Source of the DNA: Candidatus Latescibacterota bacterium
GTDB taxonomy: Bacteria > Latescibacterota > UBA2968
DNA: 64,000 nucleotides
Assembly (NCBI GenBank): GCA_965222605.1
Contig: OZ244960.1
Coordinates: forward strand, 1,376,001-1,440,000
Reading direction: 5' to 3'
In this document: positions 47,052 to 58,454 of the stretch, in pieces
Position numbering within the stretch: the first letter of the stretch is position 1
Layout: every line of letters starts with the position of its first letter
The notes under the pieces: model-generated
Databases searched by the model: none
Seen by the model: only the letters and a program-made list of their open reading frames with translations
What the model was told of the DNA's origin: nothing
Made by a program: the position numbers and the translations under genes

Positions 47052-48664
47052 GCTTGCTAAACGTTCAAAATTTGGGCGTGCATTTTCATCTCGAAGACCA
47101 CATAGTCGAAGCTGTGCGCGGCGTATCGTTTCACATTCAAAAAGGCGAAACCGTCGCGCTGGTAGGCGAATCGGGTTCAGGCAAATCCGTCTCGGCGCTT
47201 TCCGTATTGCAATTGCTGCCCTATCCACGCGCCTCGCATCCACACGGCAGCGTACAATTTGACGGAGAGGAAATGCTGGGCGCGCCGCAAGAGCGACTGC
47301 AACAACTGCGCGGCGACCGCATTGCGATGATTTTTCAGGAGCCGATGACCTCCTTAAATCCGCTACACACCATCGAGAAACAGATCGGCGAAACCCTGAT
47401 GTTGCACCGCAAAATGACGCGCGAACAAGCGCGCGAACACACGCTAAACTTATTGCAAAAAGTACACTTGCCCGATCCCGAGACGCGCCTCAAATCGTAT
47501 CCTCACCAGCTATCGGGCGGTCAGCGGCAGCGCGTGATGATCGCCATGGCCCTGGCCAATGAGCCGGATTTGCTGATTGCCGATGAGCCTACAACTGCGC
47601 TGGATGTAACGATTCAGGCACAAATTTTGAAATTGCTCAAATCGCTGCAAGACGAATTTGGCATGGCGATTTTACTCATTACACACGATCTGACAATCGT
47701 GCGGCACATCGCTGAACGAGTCTATGTAATGACGCAGGGGAAAATTGTAGAAGAAGGAAATACCGCGCGCATCTTCGAGCAACCGCAACACACATACACG
47801 CAAAAACTTTTGAACGCACAGCCGAAAGGGACGGCATCCGCGCTGAATGGATCGGCACCCACTGTGGTCGAGGCGGATAATCTGAAAGTGTGGTTCCCCA
47901 TTCAGCGGGGATTGTTGCGGCGCACCATCGGACATATAAAGGCCGTGGATGGCATCTCATTAACTGTCCGCGCCGGGCATACCGTCGGTGTCGTAGGCGA
48001 ATCTGGCTCGGGCAAAACAACACTGGGATTGGCCCTGTTGCGGTTGTTGAGCAGTCAGGGACCGATCGAGTTTAACGGACAGGGTATTCAGAGCCTGCCG
48101 AGCAAGGTACTGCGCCCCCTGAGACGAGAGATGCAAATTGTCTTTCAAGACCCCTTTGGATCGTTAAGCCCGCGCCTATCGGTCTTTCACATTATTGCCG
48201 AGGGGTTGCAAGTTCACAACATGGGAGGCAGCGATCACAAACGCCGACAACTCGTGGCGCAAATTATGGATGAGGTGGGGCTTGAAACTGAAATGATGGA
48301 CCGATTTCCACACGAGTTCTCGGGCGGTCAGCGGCAGCGCATTGCCATTGCACGCGCCATGGTATTGCGTCCCCGATTTGTGGTGCTGGACGAACCGACA
48401 AGCGCGCTGGACATGACCGTTCAGTCACAAATTATCGACTTGCTTCGGCGCTTGCAAAAAGATTACGATCTGGCTTATTTATTTATCAGTCACGACTTGC
48501 GGGTCGTGCGCGCACTGGCCAATGAACTCGTCGTGATGAAGGACGGCGTCGTTGTAGAACACGGCACAACAGAAACCGTATTTGCAAATCCACAAACAGA
48601 TTATACGCGAGAATTGATTGCAGCGGCATTTGATATCGATGTTGTCGATGGGGAGGTCCAATGA
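47048..48664 (+). CDS. yejF: ABC transporter dual ATP-binding protein YejF
   Basis: Two GESGSGK Walker A and two SGGQRQR signatures. Confidence 0.92.
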   Translation: MSLLNVQNLGVHFHLEDHIVEAVRGVSFHIQKGETVALVGESGSGKSVSALSVLQLLPYPRASHPHGSVQFDGEEMLGAPQERLQQLRGDRIAMIFQEPMTSLNPLHTIEKQIGETLMLHRKMTREQAREHTLNLLQKVHLPDPETRLKSYPHQLSGGQRQRVMIAMALANEPDLLIADEPTTALDVTIQAQILKLLKSLQDEFGMAILLITHDLTIVRHIAERVYVMTQGKIVEEGNTARIFEQPQHTYTQKLLNAQPKGTASALNGSAPTVVEADNLKVWFPIQRGLLRRTIGHIKAVDGISLTVRAGHTVGVVGESGSGKTTLGLALLRLLSSQGPIEFNGQGIQSLPSKVLRPLRREMQIVFQDPFGSLSPRLSVFHIIAEGLQVHNMGGSDHKRRQLVAQIMDEVGLETEMMDRFPHEFSGGQRQRIAIARAMVLRPRFVVLDEPTSALDMTVQSQIIDLLRRLQKDYDLAYLFISHDLRVVRALANELVVMKDGVVVEHGTTETVFANPQTDYTRELIAAAFDIDVVDGEVQ

Positions 48665-49632
48665 ATCAACTCGTTGATCAAAACGGTCACTTTATTCCGC
48701 TCACTTCGCTGACAGAGTGGAAAGAAAAACGCGCGAAAATTCTCGAAGGCGCGAAAAAAATAATGGGTCTTTTGCCGGGAGACGAAAAACGATGTCCGCT
48801 CGCTGTGGATTTGGTAGAAGAAGTGGATTGCGGCACTTATATAAGGCGGTTGATCACTTACGCCGCAGAACCCGGCGACCGCGCACGGGCGTATTTGCTA
48901 ATCCCAAAACAGGCTCTGGACGGACGGGCGTGTTCAGCCGTCTTGTGTCCACACCCCACGCATGCGACTTTGGGATACAAAACCGTAGTGGGATTGGGCG
49001 ATCGTCCCAATCGCGGCTATGCCAGCGAATTGGCCGAGCGCGGCTTTGTCACCATAGCACCGTCTTATCCCATGCTCGCGGGATATTGGCCCGATGTGTT
49101 TGGTCTGGGCTATGAAAGTGGAACCATGAAGGCGATTTGGGACAACATCCGAGCAATTGATTTGCTGGAAACACTGCCGTATGTAAAGCGGGGATCCATC
49201 GGGGCAATCGGGCACTCTCTGGGCGGGCACAATTCGGTTTATACCGCCGTCTTTGAGCCGCGCATCGGCGTTGTCGTATCGAGTTGTGGGTTGGATTCTT
49301 ACATAGATTACAAAGACGGCAATCTCGCTGGATGGACGCAGGATCGGTATATGCCAAAATTGAAAAATTACGTCCATCGGCTGTGGGATATTCCCTTTGA
49401 TTTTCACGACTTAATCGCGGCTCTGGCACCTCGCCCGTGTTTTATTGCCGCGCCTTTGCGCGATAGCAATTTCAAATGGCAAAGTGTAGATGCTGTTGCC
49501 AACGCTGCCTCGCGCGCGTATGAACTTTATGGTGCAACCAAAAATCTAATTGTCGAACACCCCGATTGCGAACACGATTTTCCCAACGCCATGCGCGAAC
49601 AGGCGTATCAATTATTTAAAAAACATCTTTGA
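48661..49632 (+). CDS. Alpha/beta hydrolase (dienelactone hydrolase-like)
   Basis: GHSLGG nucleophile elbow, LAPRP, HDFP. Confidence 0.85.
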   Translation: MNQLVDQNGHFIPLTSLTEWKEKRAKILEGAKKIMGLLPGDEKRCPLAVDLVEEVDCGTYIRRLITYAAEPGDRARAYLLIPKQALDGRACSAVLCPHPTHATLGYKTVVGLGDRPNRGYASELAERGFVTIAPSYPMLAGYWPDVFGLGYESGTMKAIWDNIRAIDLLETLPYVKRGSIGAIGHSLGGHNSVYTAVFEPRIGVVVSSCGLDSYIDYKDGNLAGWTQDRYMPKLKNYVHRLWDIPFDFHDLIAALAPRPCFIAAPLRDSNFKWQSVDAVANAASRAYELYGATKNLIVEHPDCEHDFPNAMREQAYQLFKKHL

Positions 49633-49648
49633 TGACCAGAGAGACGCC

Positions 49649-50917
49649 ATGCAAAGCAAAGTTGCTGTTCTCCGCACATCGCCGCAAACTGTTTTTGAAG
49701 ACTACCACCGCTTGCTCAATCTGGCAGATTACCAGAATGTAATTGCCAGAGAGGTGGAAACCGCGCTCAAGATCAACATCTCATGGCACTTTTTCTTTCC
49801 CGGATGTTCCACAACACCATGGCAACTCGATGGTGTTATCCGCGCTATGAAACGGGATGGCTACGATCCCGATCTCATTCACGGCTGCCACAACCGAACC
49901 GTGGTCATTGATGCGCGTTTGGGCGAAAAAGAAAACAAGCACCTCCCTGTCATTGAAGCGCACGGCTTGAAAAATATACATCTCTACGAAGGCGAAGAAT
50001 GGATCAACGTACGCGATGCCATAGGCGACCTCACCGCAAAATTTCTCTGCCTGAACGAAGTCTATCCCAAAGGCTTTCACATTCCCAGACGCTTTATCGG
50101 TGAAAACATCATCCATTTTCCCACCGTCAAAACCCACGTCTTTACCACCACCACAGGCGCCATGAAAAATGCCTTTGGCGGCCTGCTCAACGAGCGCCGT
50201 CACTGGACGCATCCCGTCATTCACGAAACCCTCGTCGATCTGCTCATGATTCAAAAGAAAATCCACCGAGGTATCTTCGCAGTTATGGACGGCACTTTTG
50301 CAGGCGATGGACCCGGTCCGCGGTGTATGATCCCCCACACCAAAAACGTCATCCTCGCCAGTGCCGACCAGGTCGCCATCGACGCAGTCGCCGCCAAAAT
50401 GATGGGCTTTGATCCACTTTCAATTAAATACATCCGCATGGCACACGACCTCGGCCTGGGATGCGGAGATCCCTCCCAAATCGAAATTGCGGGTGATTTA
50501 GACGCCGCAGAAGAGAATTGGGATTTTGTCGGCCCGTACAAAAAAATGACCTTTGCCGCCAAAATGCAGCACAAGATCTATTGGGGATGCCTCAAAAAAC
50601 CCATCGAATGGTCGCTCAAAACCATCCTCGCCCCCTGGGCTTATATGGCTTCGGTGCTCTACCACGACAGTTTCTGGTATCCTTTCCATGCGAAAAACAG
50701 GATGCAGGATGTACTCGATAGCGACTGGGGGTGCCTCTTTCGCAACTGGGAACACCTCACCCCCAACGCGCAGGGCTTTCCCGATGTGGGCGACACCTCT
50801 TCCAAACTCAAAAAAACGAATCTGCAAGCCTTATGGGATTCGCTCGGCATCTTACGCGATTGCATTGTCGAAGCCCCTGAATTCATCCAGTCTAAAAAAA
50901 CAGATCATCGAAAATAA
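49649..50917 (+). CDS. DUF362 domain protein
   Basis: LKINISWH, PTVKTH, TTGAMKNAFGG, MDG..AGDGPGP, DQVAIDA..AKMMG. Confidence 0.85.
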   Translation: MQSKVAVLRTSPQTVFEDYHRLLNLADYQNVIAREVETALKINISWHFFFPGCSTTPWQLDGVIRAMKRDGYDPDLIHGCHNRTVVIDARLGEKENKHLPVIEAHGLKNIHLYEGEEWINVRDAIGDLTAKFLCLNEVYPKGFHIPRRFIGENIIHFPTVKTHVFTTTTGAMKNAFGGLLNERRHWTHPVIHETLVDLLMIQKKIHRGIFAVMDGTFAGDGPGPRCMIPHTKNVILASADQVAIDAVAAKMMGFDPLSIKYIRMAHDLGLGCGDPSQIEIAGDLDAAEENWDFVGPYKKMTFAAKMQHKIYWGCLKKPIEWSLKTILAPWAYMASVLYHDSFWYPFHAKNRMQDVLDSDWGCLFRNWEHLTPNAQGFPDVGDTSSKLKKTNLQALWDSLGILRDCIVEAPEFIQSKKTDHRK

Positions 50918-50983
50918 TAAGCGGATAATCGCAAAGATCATCCGCCCATTCTACTTCAGCACAGGAAAAGCTATTTAGTGAGA

Positions 50984-51397
50984 TCAAATTTCTTCTGGCA
51001 AAGGGGGATGCAGGATTAGTCCTTCCACCCGTTCAAAATGCCGACGATTAAAAGTACAGAGTGCCAATTGATGATGAAGCGCAGTAGCAGCAATCAAAAC
51101 ATCAAAGTGTTCCAATCTCTGCCCCTTTTGCTCTAAACGCACTGTCCACTCAGCAAATAACTTACAAATTGGTCGCGTAACGTCGAGTACTGTAACTCCG
51201 TTCATAAAATTTTCCAATCCCAATTTGGCCTGTGCGGGTTTTTGAGCATGCACTATTCCGATCTCCAGTTCTGCCATGGTAATCATACTTACGCCCAGCC
51301 CTGCGGGTCTGAGTTCCTCAAGACGAGCAACTACTTGGGTCTGCCCACGCAAATATCCGATTACCCAACTTGTGTCTAATAGATATGCTATTACCAC
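50984..51397 (-). CDS. vapC: Type II TA VapC (PIN) toxin
   Basis: YLLDTS, ITMAEL, DVLIAATA, TFNRRHFERV. Confidence 0.9.
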   Translation of the reverse strand: MVIAYLLDTSWVIGYLRGQTQVVARLEELRPAGLGVSMITMAELEIGIVHAQKPAQAKLGLENFMNGVTVLDVTRPICKLFAEWTVRLEQKGQRLEHFDVLIAATALHHQLALCTFNRRHFERVEGLILHPPLPEEI

Positions 51398-51639
51398 GAT
51401 TCTATCTCTGGGCGGGTTCTCAAGCGGCGCAACCTATAGATGTCTTCTTCAAGATGTTTATCTGTAATCTCTTTCCAACTACCAGCAGCAGCTTGGAAAC
51501 ATCGTATTTTTTTTTCTTCTGAAATATCAGAGCACGGCTCTATAATTATCATGACGTTTTCACCTTCAGACAAAACAAGAGGTTCTTCTGGTTCCAACAC
51601 ACCGTTCCGATACATTGCTTTGATTTTTATCGATTCCAT
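51391..51639 (-). CDS. DUF104/AF2212-like antitoxin
   Basis: IKAMYRNGVLEP.EPL.LSEGE.V, AAGSW; overlaps vapC start. Confidence 0.8.
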   Translation of the reverse strand: MESIKIKAMYRNGVLEPEEPLVLSEGENVMIIIEPCSDISEEKKIRCFQAAAGSWKEITDKHLEEDIYRLRRLRTRPEIESW

Positions 51640-51760
51640 AGTGATTGTCCTTTAAAAAATACTGCGCATAATATTCTTTCCCCAAAATATACAACTATAT
51701 CTCGAATGTCAATCTGTGATCTCCGATTGATTTTTTCTTACGACTTGTATTCCGACTGCC

Positions 51761-52747
51761 ATGACCGAAATCATTCACTACCTGTTCCGCGACAAACTGC
51801 CAGAACAGCGCATTGCAAAAATCGAATCGCTCTCGGAAACTCGGGCGCACGCAGTCTGGAAAGTCACGACAGACCGATCGGTATTTGCTGTAAAACACCA
51901 CCTCTTTGCATCGCTCACACACGGCAAACCATACCACTTGCTCGCCGTTGAACAAAAAGTTACAAATCACCTGCTCGCCAGCGGCGTCCCGGTCCCCCGC
52001 ATCATCACAACCGACCCCAATCGCGGCATAGTCATCTACGAATGGTGCGGAGATCATACCCTCGATGACATCTGCCAAACCGCTGATCCCAAACCATTCG
52101 CCCACAGCGTCATCCATACCCTATGCACGCTTGAAAAAGCGTTTTACAATCACGCGACCAAATTCATCCCACACATTGCGCCTGGATGTAGCGCAGATGA
52201 CTTGCGAGAACAGTGGCACAATATCACCCAATCACTGTCTGAAACGCTTCCCGATCTCGTAACGCACGATCCCAATGCCTCAGATCTTCTATCGACCTGG
52301 GAAACCCTCGTAAACGAACTTATCCACGTACCGCCAGTGCTCGGCCCCACCGACTACAACGCCCGCAACATCGCGTGCCCAAATTCAGAGATGGCAACTG
52401 TTCTCGAACTCGCCAAAATTGGCTATGATTGGCCCGAACGTCGCCTGGTACAATACACGACATCGCTCGGCGCGCACAATCCCCGCGGTCGCATTGTTGG
52501 TCTCCTCACACCATCGCTTGCGCGGCACTATGCGCGTTTTGCATCAAAATTGTACTCGACGCCAGCCGAGACCATCCGCCTGCGCCTCGATGCACATCAC
52601 CTCATCTATCACCTGTTCGCAGCCCATATATGCCTGACAACGCCACACTGGCAAAATATCAAAACCCGCCTGGCACAGCATAAAAACCAGATATCCCAGC
52701 CCTTATCCGACCACCCCCTGATGAACAAATTCCGCGCGTATTTTTAA
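51761..52747 (+). CDS. Aminoglycoside phosphotransferase (APH)-fold protein
   Basis: FAVK, GVPVPRI, PTDYNARN (HGDxxxxN-like), ELAKIGYD. Confidence 0.65.
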   Translation: MTEIIHYLFRDKLPEQRIAKIESLSETRAHAVWKVTTDRSVFAVKHHLFASLTHGKPYHLLAVEQKVTNHLLASGVPVPRIITTDPNRGIVIYEWCGDHTLDDICQTADPKPFAHSVIHTLCTLEKAFYNHATKFIPHIAPGCSADDLREQWHNITQSLSETLPDLVTHDPNASDLLSTWETLVNELIHVPPVLGPTDYNARNIACPNSEMATVLELAKIGYDWPERRLVQYTTSLGAHNPRGRIVGLLTPSLARHYARFASKLYSTPAETIRLRLDAHHLIYHLFAAHICLTTPHWQNIKTRLAQHKNQISQPLSDHPLMNKFRAYF

Positions 52748-52751
52748 AAAC

Positions 52752-52781
52752 AAAGGCGATCCCATTCCAGGAATCGCCTTT
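52752..52781. terminator. Bidirectional intrinsic terminator
   Basis: AAAGGCGAT-N12-ATCGCCTTT between convergent genes. Confidence 0.65.
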
Positions 52782-52806
52782 CCCATATGCTACAAAATAC
52801 TCGCAC

Positions 52807-55800
52807 CTACGCAGTATTTATCACCCGTTCAAAAATCGCCCGCGTCTGTGCCATATCGTTCTTTAAAACATCTTCAAACACCTCAGCCGTATCAAACCCC
52901 ATAGCCCGGGCCACTGCTGTCAACGCGCGGTCTTCGGTGGGCAAGTGGGTGCGTGCTTGCTCGTCCTGGCGTCTGATCACTTTTTCAACGGTGCGCAAAA
53001 ACACAAATGCTTGCTGAAGACGTTGTGCATCTTCTGCCTCCAAAAACCCGCCTTCTACCAATCTTCCCAGTGCCTCAAGCGTATTGGCGCTGCGTAGCCC
53101 CGGATGATCTTTGGCGAACTTCAACTGCAAAATTTGTGCAATAAACTCAATATCTACAATCCCCCCCGCATCTGTTTTGATACTCACCACTTTACGAGAT
53201 TTTTGCCCATCTTTGCGCTCCATCTTCTTGCGAATATCCAGCATGGTGGCAACTTCTGCATCTGAAAATCCGGTACCCACAATAAAAGGCTCAAACAAAT
53301 TCAGCAGCTTTTCTCCCAGAACCGCATCGCCAGCGACGACCCGGCTGCGAGACAATGCCATGCGCTCCCAGGTTGACGCGCGCGTCTCCAAATAGCGACT
53401 ATAAGATTCCAAAGACAGTGCCAAAAGCCCGCTTGCCCCCTCGGGACGCAACCGCGGATCCACCGGATAGAGCTTCCCCTGCGGGGTATTCTGTTCCAGC
53501 ATCGCGATCATCTGCTGCGCCAGATCGATAAAAAATTGCAAATTTCCCTGTGGTCTCGCACCATCTGTTTCGCCATCTTCGCCATATACAAATACGATAT
53601 CCAAATCCGATCCAAAGTTCAATTCGCCCCCGCCCATCTTGCCCAGACCCAGCACCACAAACCCGACCTCCTCACCGCTGCGATTGCGCGGCACCCCGCG
53701 CTTTTCAATTAGTCGCGCATAAACCACCTCATAAACCGCCTGCACAATCACATCGGCCAACATCGTCAGTGCCTCAAATGTTTCAAACGTATCGGTCAAG
53801 CCCACGAGATCGCGCGTGCCAAAGCGCAGCAACTCCCGATTTTTTACAGCATTTATCCCCCCCACCAATTCGGGTGTATCACCATACCGCTCAACCTGTG
53901 CGCGAAGCTGTTCTCGCAAAGCGTCCATACCCGGACTGAGATGCAAAACCTCTGCTTCTGGATCCAGATACAAAACCTCTGGGCGAACCAGCCAATCGAG
54001 CAATCCGGGGTTGCGCCTTATCACTTGAACCAGAAATTGGCTACCAACACACAGTGACAACATAAGTTCGCGAAACCCTTGATTAGATGCCAAAATTCGA
54101 AAAAACATATCGCCCGCACCATAAGCAGACACCAGACTTTCCAGATTGCTCAATCCCTGATCGGGATCGGCTGACTCCTGGAGTGCTTGCATCAATGCCG
54201 GCGCCAGTTCTGTAAAGCTCTGACGCGCCCGTGTGCCCCGAATCCGCGGCACGTGCCCAAAAGCCAGATAAATGAGATTGCGATGCGCTTCGCCCGGTCG
54301 ATCAAACCCAATGTCTTCTAATAACCCGCTGGCCTCTGCATCGCCTATTTCCATATTTACCAGCGCGCCTATGGAACGGCCCTCGCTTTCTCTCGCCTCC
54401 GTAAAGACCTGGGCATAAACCTCCTGCACAGCCTTCAAATGGACATCCAGTGTTTTGCGATACGCCTCAGCAGATCCCATATTCATTGCGCGCGCCAGTA
54501 CGCCCTGTTCATCCTCCCCTTCGGGCAGCGAATAAACAATGCGGTTGTGCATCATCTGCAAACGGTGTTCCAAACGTCTGAAAAATACGTAAGCAGCCTT
54601 TAGCTGATCCGCTTCTTCCCCCGACAGCGCAGATACCCGTTGCAACTGCCGGATAGCCTCAAGCGTATTGTCTGACCGCGCATTCTCGTGTATGCGCCCC
54701 ACCAACAACTGCAAACACTGCACAATAAATTCGATATCTCGGATGCCACCAGAGCGCAACTTCAAATGCGTTTCGCGCTGCCCCATGCTTCCAATGCGAT
54801 CTTCAATACGCTCCTTAATGCGGTTGATCTCCGTTGCCGGACTGGTGTCAAAAAAGCGCGGATAAACAAAGGGTTGTACCATCTTCAAAAATCGCTGCCC
54901 CAGGTGTTCAGACCCGGCACAACAACGGGCCTTGATCAACATCTGCCGCTCCCACAACTCGCCCCGCCGCATATAATAGACCTCATATCCGGCAAGAGGC
55001 ATCACGAGTGCGCCGGCCGCACCATCGGGACGCAGGCGCATATCCATGCGATACAAAAATCCTTCGGGGGTCACCTCTGTCGCCGCACGCACAATTTGCT
55101 CACACAATCGGGTAAAAAACTCCTGATTGGTCACAGGCCTTGCACCATCTGTATTGCCCTCGGCGCTATAGACAAACATCAAATCGATATCCGAACTAAA
55201 ATTAAGCTCCATACCACCCAATTTGCCCAACCCAAAAATCGCAAACTCCACGGGCTGTCCATCGGCATTTCGCGGCATGCCATAACGCGTTTGCAGGTCG
55301 GGCAACAAAATATCAATCAGCTTTTGCAAACACACATCTGCCAAAATCGACAAATCAGCCGCAACATATTGAATGGCGCGTCCACCGGCCAGATCGCCCA
55401 CGCCAATACGCAACAACTCGCGCCGCGCACTTCGCCGAACAGCATTGAGTTTGTCTTCGCGCGTATCCACAGCCTCGACAGCCCGATCAAAAGACGCCAA
55501 CAATTGTACTTTCTCACACGACTGTGTAATGCGATCAGGGGCATCTGTCAACCAGTCAAAAATATCGGGATCGCGCACCAGCATATCGGCCATAAAAGGG
55601 CTACCACCCAAAACACTCAACAACATGCGGCACAACTCGGGATGCGCTTTGAGCATGTGTAAAAACGCTGTGCGACTGCTCGTCGCCTGCACGATGCGCG
55701 CAAAATTATTCAGCGCCATATCGGGGTTGGGCGCATCGATCAAGACAGAAAAAAAATCATCGGGGAATTGCCCATCAACCTCTAAGCCAGCCAATTCTTC

Positions 55801-55890
55801 GAGATTGTGCAACGCGCGTACAACATCTCGAAATCCCGCCTGTACAAGCGCGTCTTTTGCGTCGAATGTGTTAAAATCAAAAATGTCCAT
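52807..55890 (-). CDS. glnE: Glutamine synthetase adenylyltransferase/adenylyl-removing enzyme
   Basis: Two NTase modules GKLGGMELNFSSDIDL / GKMGGGELNFGSDLDI, DMRLRPDG / DPRLRPEG, WER, GGIRDIEF / GGIVDIEF. Confidence 0.93.
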   Translation of the reverse strand: MDIFDFNTFDAKDALVQAGFRDVVRALHNLEELAGLEVDGQFPDDFFSVLIDAPNPDMALNNFARIVQATSSRTAFLHMLKAHPELCRMLLSVLGGSPFMADMLVRDPDIFDWLTDAPDRITQSCEKVQLLASFDRAVEAVDTREDKLNAVRRSARRELLRIGVGDLAGGRAIQYVAADLSILADVCLQKLIDILLPDLQTRYGMPRNADGQPVEFAIFGLGKLGGMELNFSSDIDLMFVYSAEGNTDGARPVTNQEFFTRLCEQIVRAATEVTPEGFLYRMDMRLRPDGAAGALVMPLAGYEVYYMRRGELWERQMLIKARCCAGSEHLGQRFLKMVQPFVYPRFFDTSPATEINRIKERIEDRIGSMGQRETHLKLRSGGIRDIEFIVQCLQLLVGRIHENARSDNTLEAIRQLQRVSALSGEEADQLKAAYVFFRRLEHRLQMMHNRIVYSLPEGEDEQGVLARAMNMGSAEAYRKTLDVHLKAVQEVYAQVFTEARESEGRSIGALVNMEIGDAEASGLLEDIGFDRPGEAHRNLIYLAFGHVPRIRGTRARQSFTELAPALMQALQESADPDQGLSNLESLVSAYGAGDMFFRILASNQGFRELMLSLCVGSQFLVQVIRRNPGLLDWLVRPEVLYLDPEAEVLHLSPGMDALREQLRAQVERYGDTPELVGGINAVKNRELLRFGTRDLVGLTDTFETFEALTMLADVIVQAVYEVVYARLIEKRGVPRNRSGEEVGFVVLGLGKMGGGELNFGSDLDIVFVYGEDGETDGARPQGNLQFFIDLAQQMIAMLEQNTPQGKLYPVDPRLRPEGASGLLALSLESYSRYLETRASTWERMALSRSRVVAGDAVLGEKLLNLFEPFIVGTGFSDAEVATMLDIRKKMERKDGQKSRKVVSIKTDAGGIVDIEFIAQILQLKFAKDHPGLRSANTLEALGRLVEGGFLEAEDAQRLQQAFVFLRTVEKVIRRQDEQARTHLPTEDRALTAVARAMGFDTAEVFEDVLKNDMAQTRAIFERVINTA

Positions 55891-55904
55891 GACGAACCTC
55901 AACT

Positions 55905-56691
<787 letters not shown>

Positions 56692-56698
56692 GCGAACA

Positions 56699-57268
56699 AT
56701 GACTATTCGGGCCATCATCTTTGATATGGACGGTACGCTCACAGAATCTTATATCAACTGGCCGGAGTTGCGATCAAAAATCAATTGCCCGCCCGAAAAA
56801 ACCATCATCCAACACATCGACAACTTACCCGCAAAACAACGCAAACAGGCCAATGATATCCTTCTCCAAAAAGAGTGGGAAGCAGCACAGCATGCCGCCA
56901 TTCGCGTTGGCGCGACAGAACTCATCGACACGCTTCGAGCGCGCAACTACAAACTCGGCCTGGTCACCAACAACCACGGTGCTGCCATGCACCGTGTTAT
57001 CAACCGACTCAATCGCGCCTTTGATGTCGTCTTCAGCCGCGACGACGGCCCCATAAAGCCCAATCCCTATCTCATCCAAAAAACACTAAAAACCCTCGGC
57101 ATTTCCTCAAACGAGGCCATAAGCATTGGCGATAGCCGTTACGATCTCATGGCTTGTGCTGCCGCCCGCGTGCGCTGTATTCACTTCACCGATGGCGCAT
57201 CCGACCTCGCGCACGATCTCCAGGTCGCGTCATTGGATGCGATCATACCGCTTCTGCACCGCCTCTGA
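56699..57268 (+). CDS. HAD family hydrolase
   Basis: FDMDGTL, VTNN, KPNP, IGDSRYD. Confidence 0.9.
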   Translation: MTIRAIIFDMDGTLTESYINWPELRSKINCPPEKTIIQHIDNLPAKQRKQANDILLQKEWEAAQHAAIRVGATELIDTLRARNYKLGLVTNNHGAAMHRVINRLNRAFDVVFSRDDGPIKPNPYLIQKTLKTLGISSNEAISIGDSRYDLMACAAARVRCIHFTDGASDLAHDLQVASLDAIIPLLHRL

Positions 57269-58439
57269 AAGAGGCCAACTTTTCTGCACACATTCGGATG
57301 CGCGCCAGAGCCTTTTCGATATTTTCCACAGAATTCGCGTAAGAAAACCGCAAATACCCCTCGCCGTATTCGCCAAAGTCCGATCCCGCCAGACAGGCCA
57401 CATGTCCCTCATTCAAAATCACATCAGCGACTTCCGCAGATGACTTGCCCAATCCCGTGACATTTGGAAATGCGTAAAAAGCGCCCTCGGGCATTGGACA
57501 TGTAATCCCGTCAATCGCATTCAAACCCTCTACAATAATCGCACGCCGTTTGCGAAATGCAGCCATCATGGTCTCAACAGCATCCTGCGGTCCCTTCAAT
57601 GCGGACACAGCCGCCATTTGTGTAAACGCAGCCGTACACGAATTGCTATTGACCATCAACCGGTCAAAATGCGGGACGAGATCCATCGGCATCACACCAT
57701 AGCCAATGCGCCAGCCCGTCATAGCATACGTCTTGGAAAACCCATCGAGAATAATCAACAAATCGGCCATACCTTCACACGCCGAAATGCTGTGAAACTC
57801 ATCGCCATAGACCATTCGAGAATAAATCTCATCGGACAATACGGGAATCTGATGCTCAACCGCCACCTCGGCAATCGTCTTCAAATCACCTTCTGGAATC
57901 ACACCCCCCGTGGGATTTTGCGGTGAATTTAAAATAATCAGCTTTGTGCGTTCCGTCACCAGATCGCGCAATTGATCCGCATTTAGGCTAAACCCGCGAT
58001 CCTCCGTCAAAGGCACGGGCACGGGTTTAGCACCCGCAAAGCGAATCACCGACTCGTAAATCGGAAAGCCCGGATTCGGATAAATCACCTCATCGCCACG
58101 CTGGGCCAATGCGAGTATGGCATAAAACATAATCGGCTTGGCACCGGGCGTCACCACCACCTGATCGGGATGCACGTCAATCTGTCGCGTAGTCGAAATC
58201 TCTTCGGCTATTGCCTCCCGCAACTCGGGCAATCCCACGGGAGGACCGTAATGCGTAAACCCATCTGATAATGCTCTTTGCCCTGCCTCCACAATATGCG
58301 CGGGCGTATCAAAATCTGGCTCACCAATTTCCAGATGCACCACATCGCGTCCCATGGCTTCCAGCACACGCGCCTTCACCAGCACCTCAAAAGCAGATTC
58401 CGTGCCCAACAGCGACATGCGATTTGCAATATTCATCAT
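57243..58439 (-). CDS. PLP-dependent aminotransferase class I/II (aspartate aminotransferase-like)
   Basis: IGEPDF, NSPQNPTG, SDEIY, GFSKTYAMTGWRIG, EGAFY, LRFSYA. Confidence 0.93.
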   Translation of the reverse strand: MMNIANRMSLLGTESAFEVLVKARVLEAMGRDVVHLEIGEPDFDTPAHIVEAGQRALSDGFTHYGPPVGLPELREAIAEEISTTRQIDVHPDQVVVTPGAKPIMFYAILALAQRGDEVIYPNPGFPIYESVIRFAGAKPVPVPLTEDRGFSLNADQLRDLVTERTKLIILNSPQNPTGGVIPEGDLKTIAEVAVEHQIPVLSDEIYSRMVYGDEFHSISACEGMADLLIILDGFSKTYAMTGWRIGYGVMPMDLVPHFDRLMVNSNSCTAAFTQMAAVSALKGPQDAVETMMAAFRKRRAIIVEGLNAIDGITCPMPEGAFYAFPNVTGLGKSSAEVADVILNEGHVACLAGSDFGEYGEGYLRFSYANSVENIEKALARIRMCAEKLASFRGGAEAV

Positions 58440-58454
58440 CTCACCTTTCACGCC

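Noticed and set aside
57243-57268. Convergent 26-bp overlap of HAD and aminotransferase genes
   Set aside because: Short 3' overlaps are common in compact genomes and both proteins appear complete.
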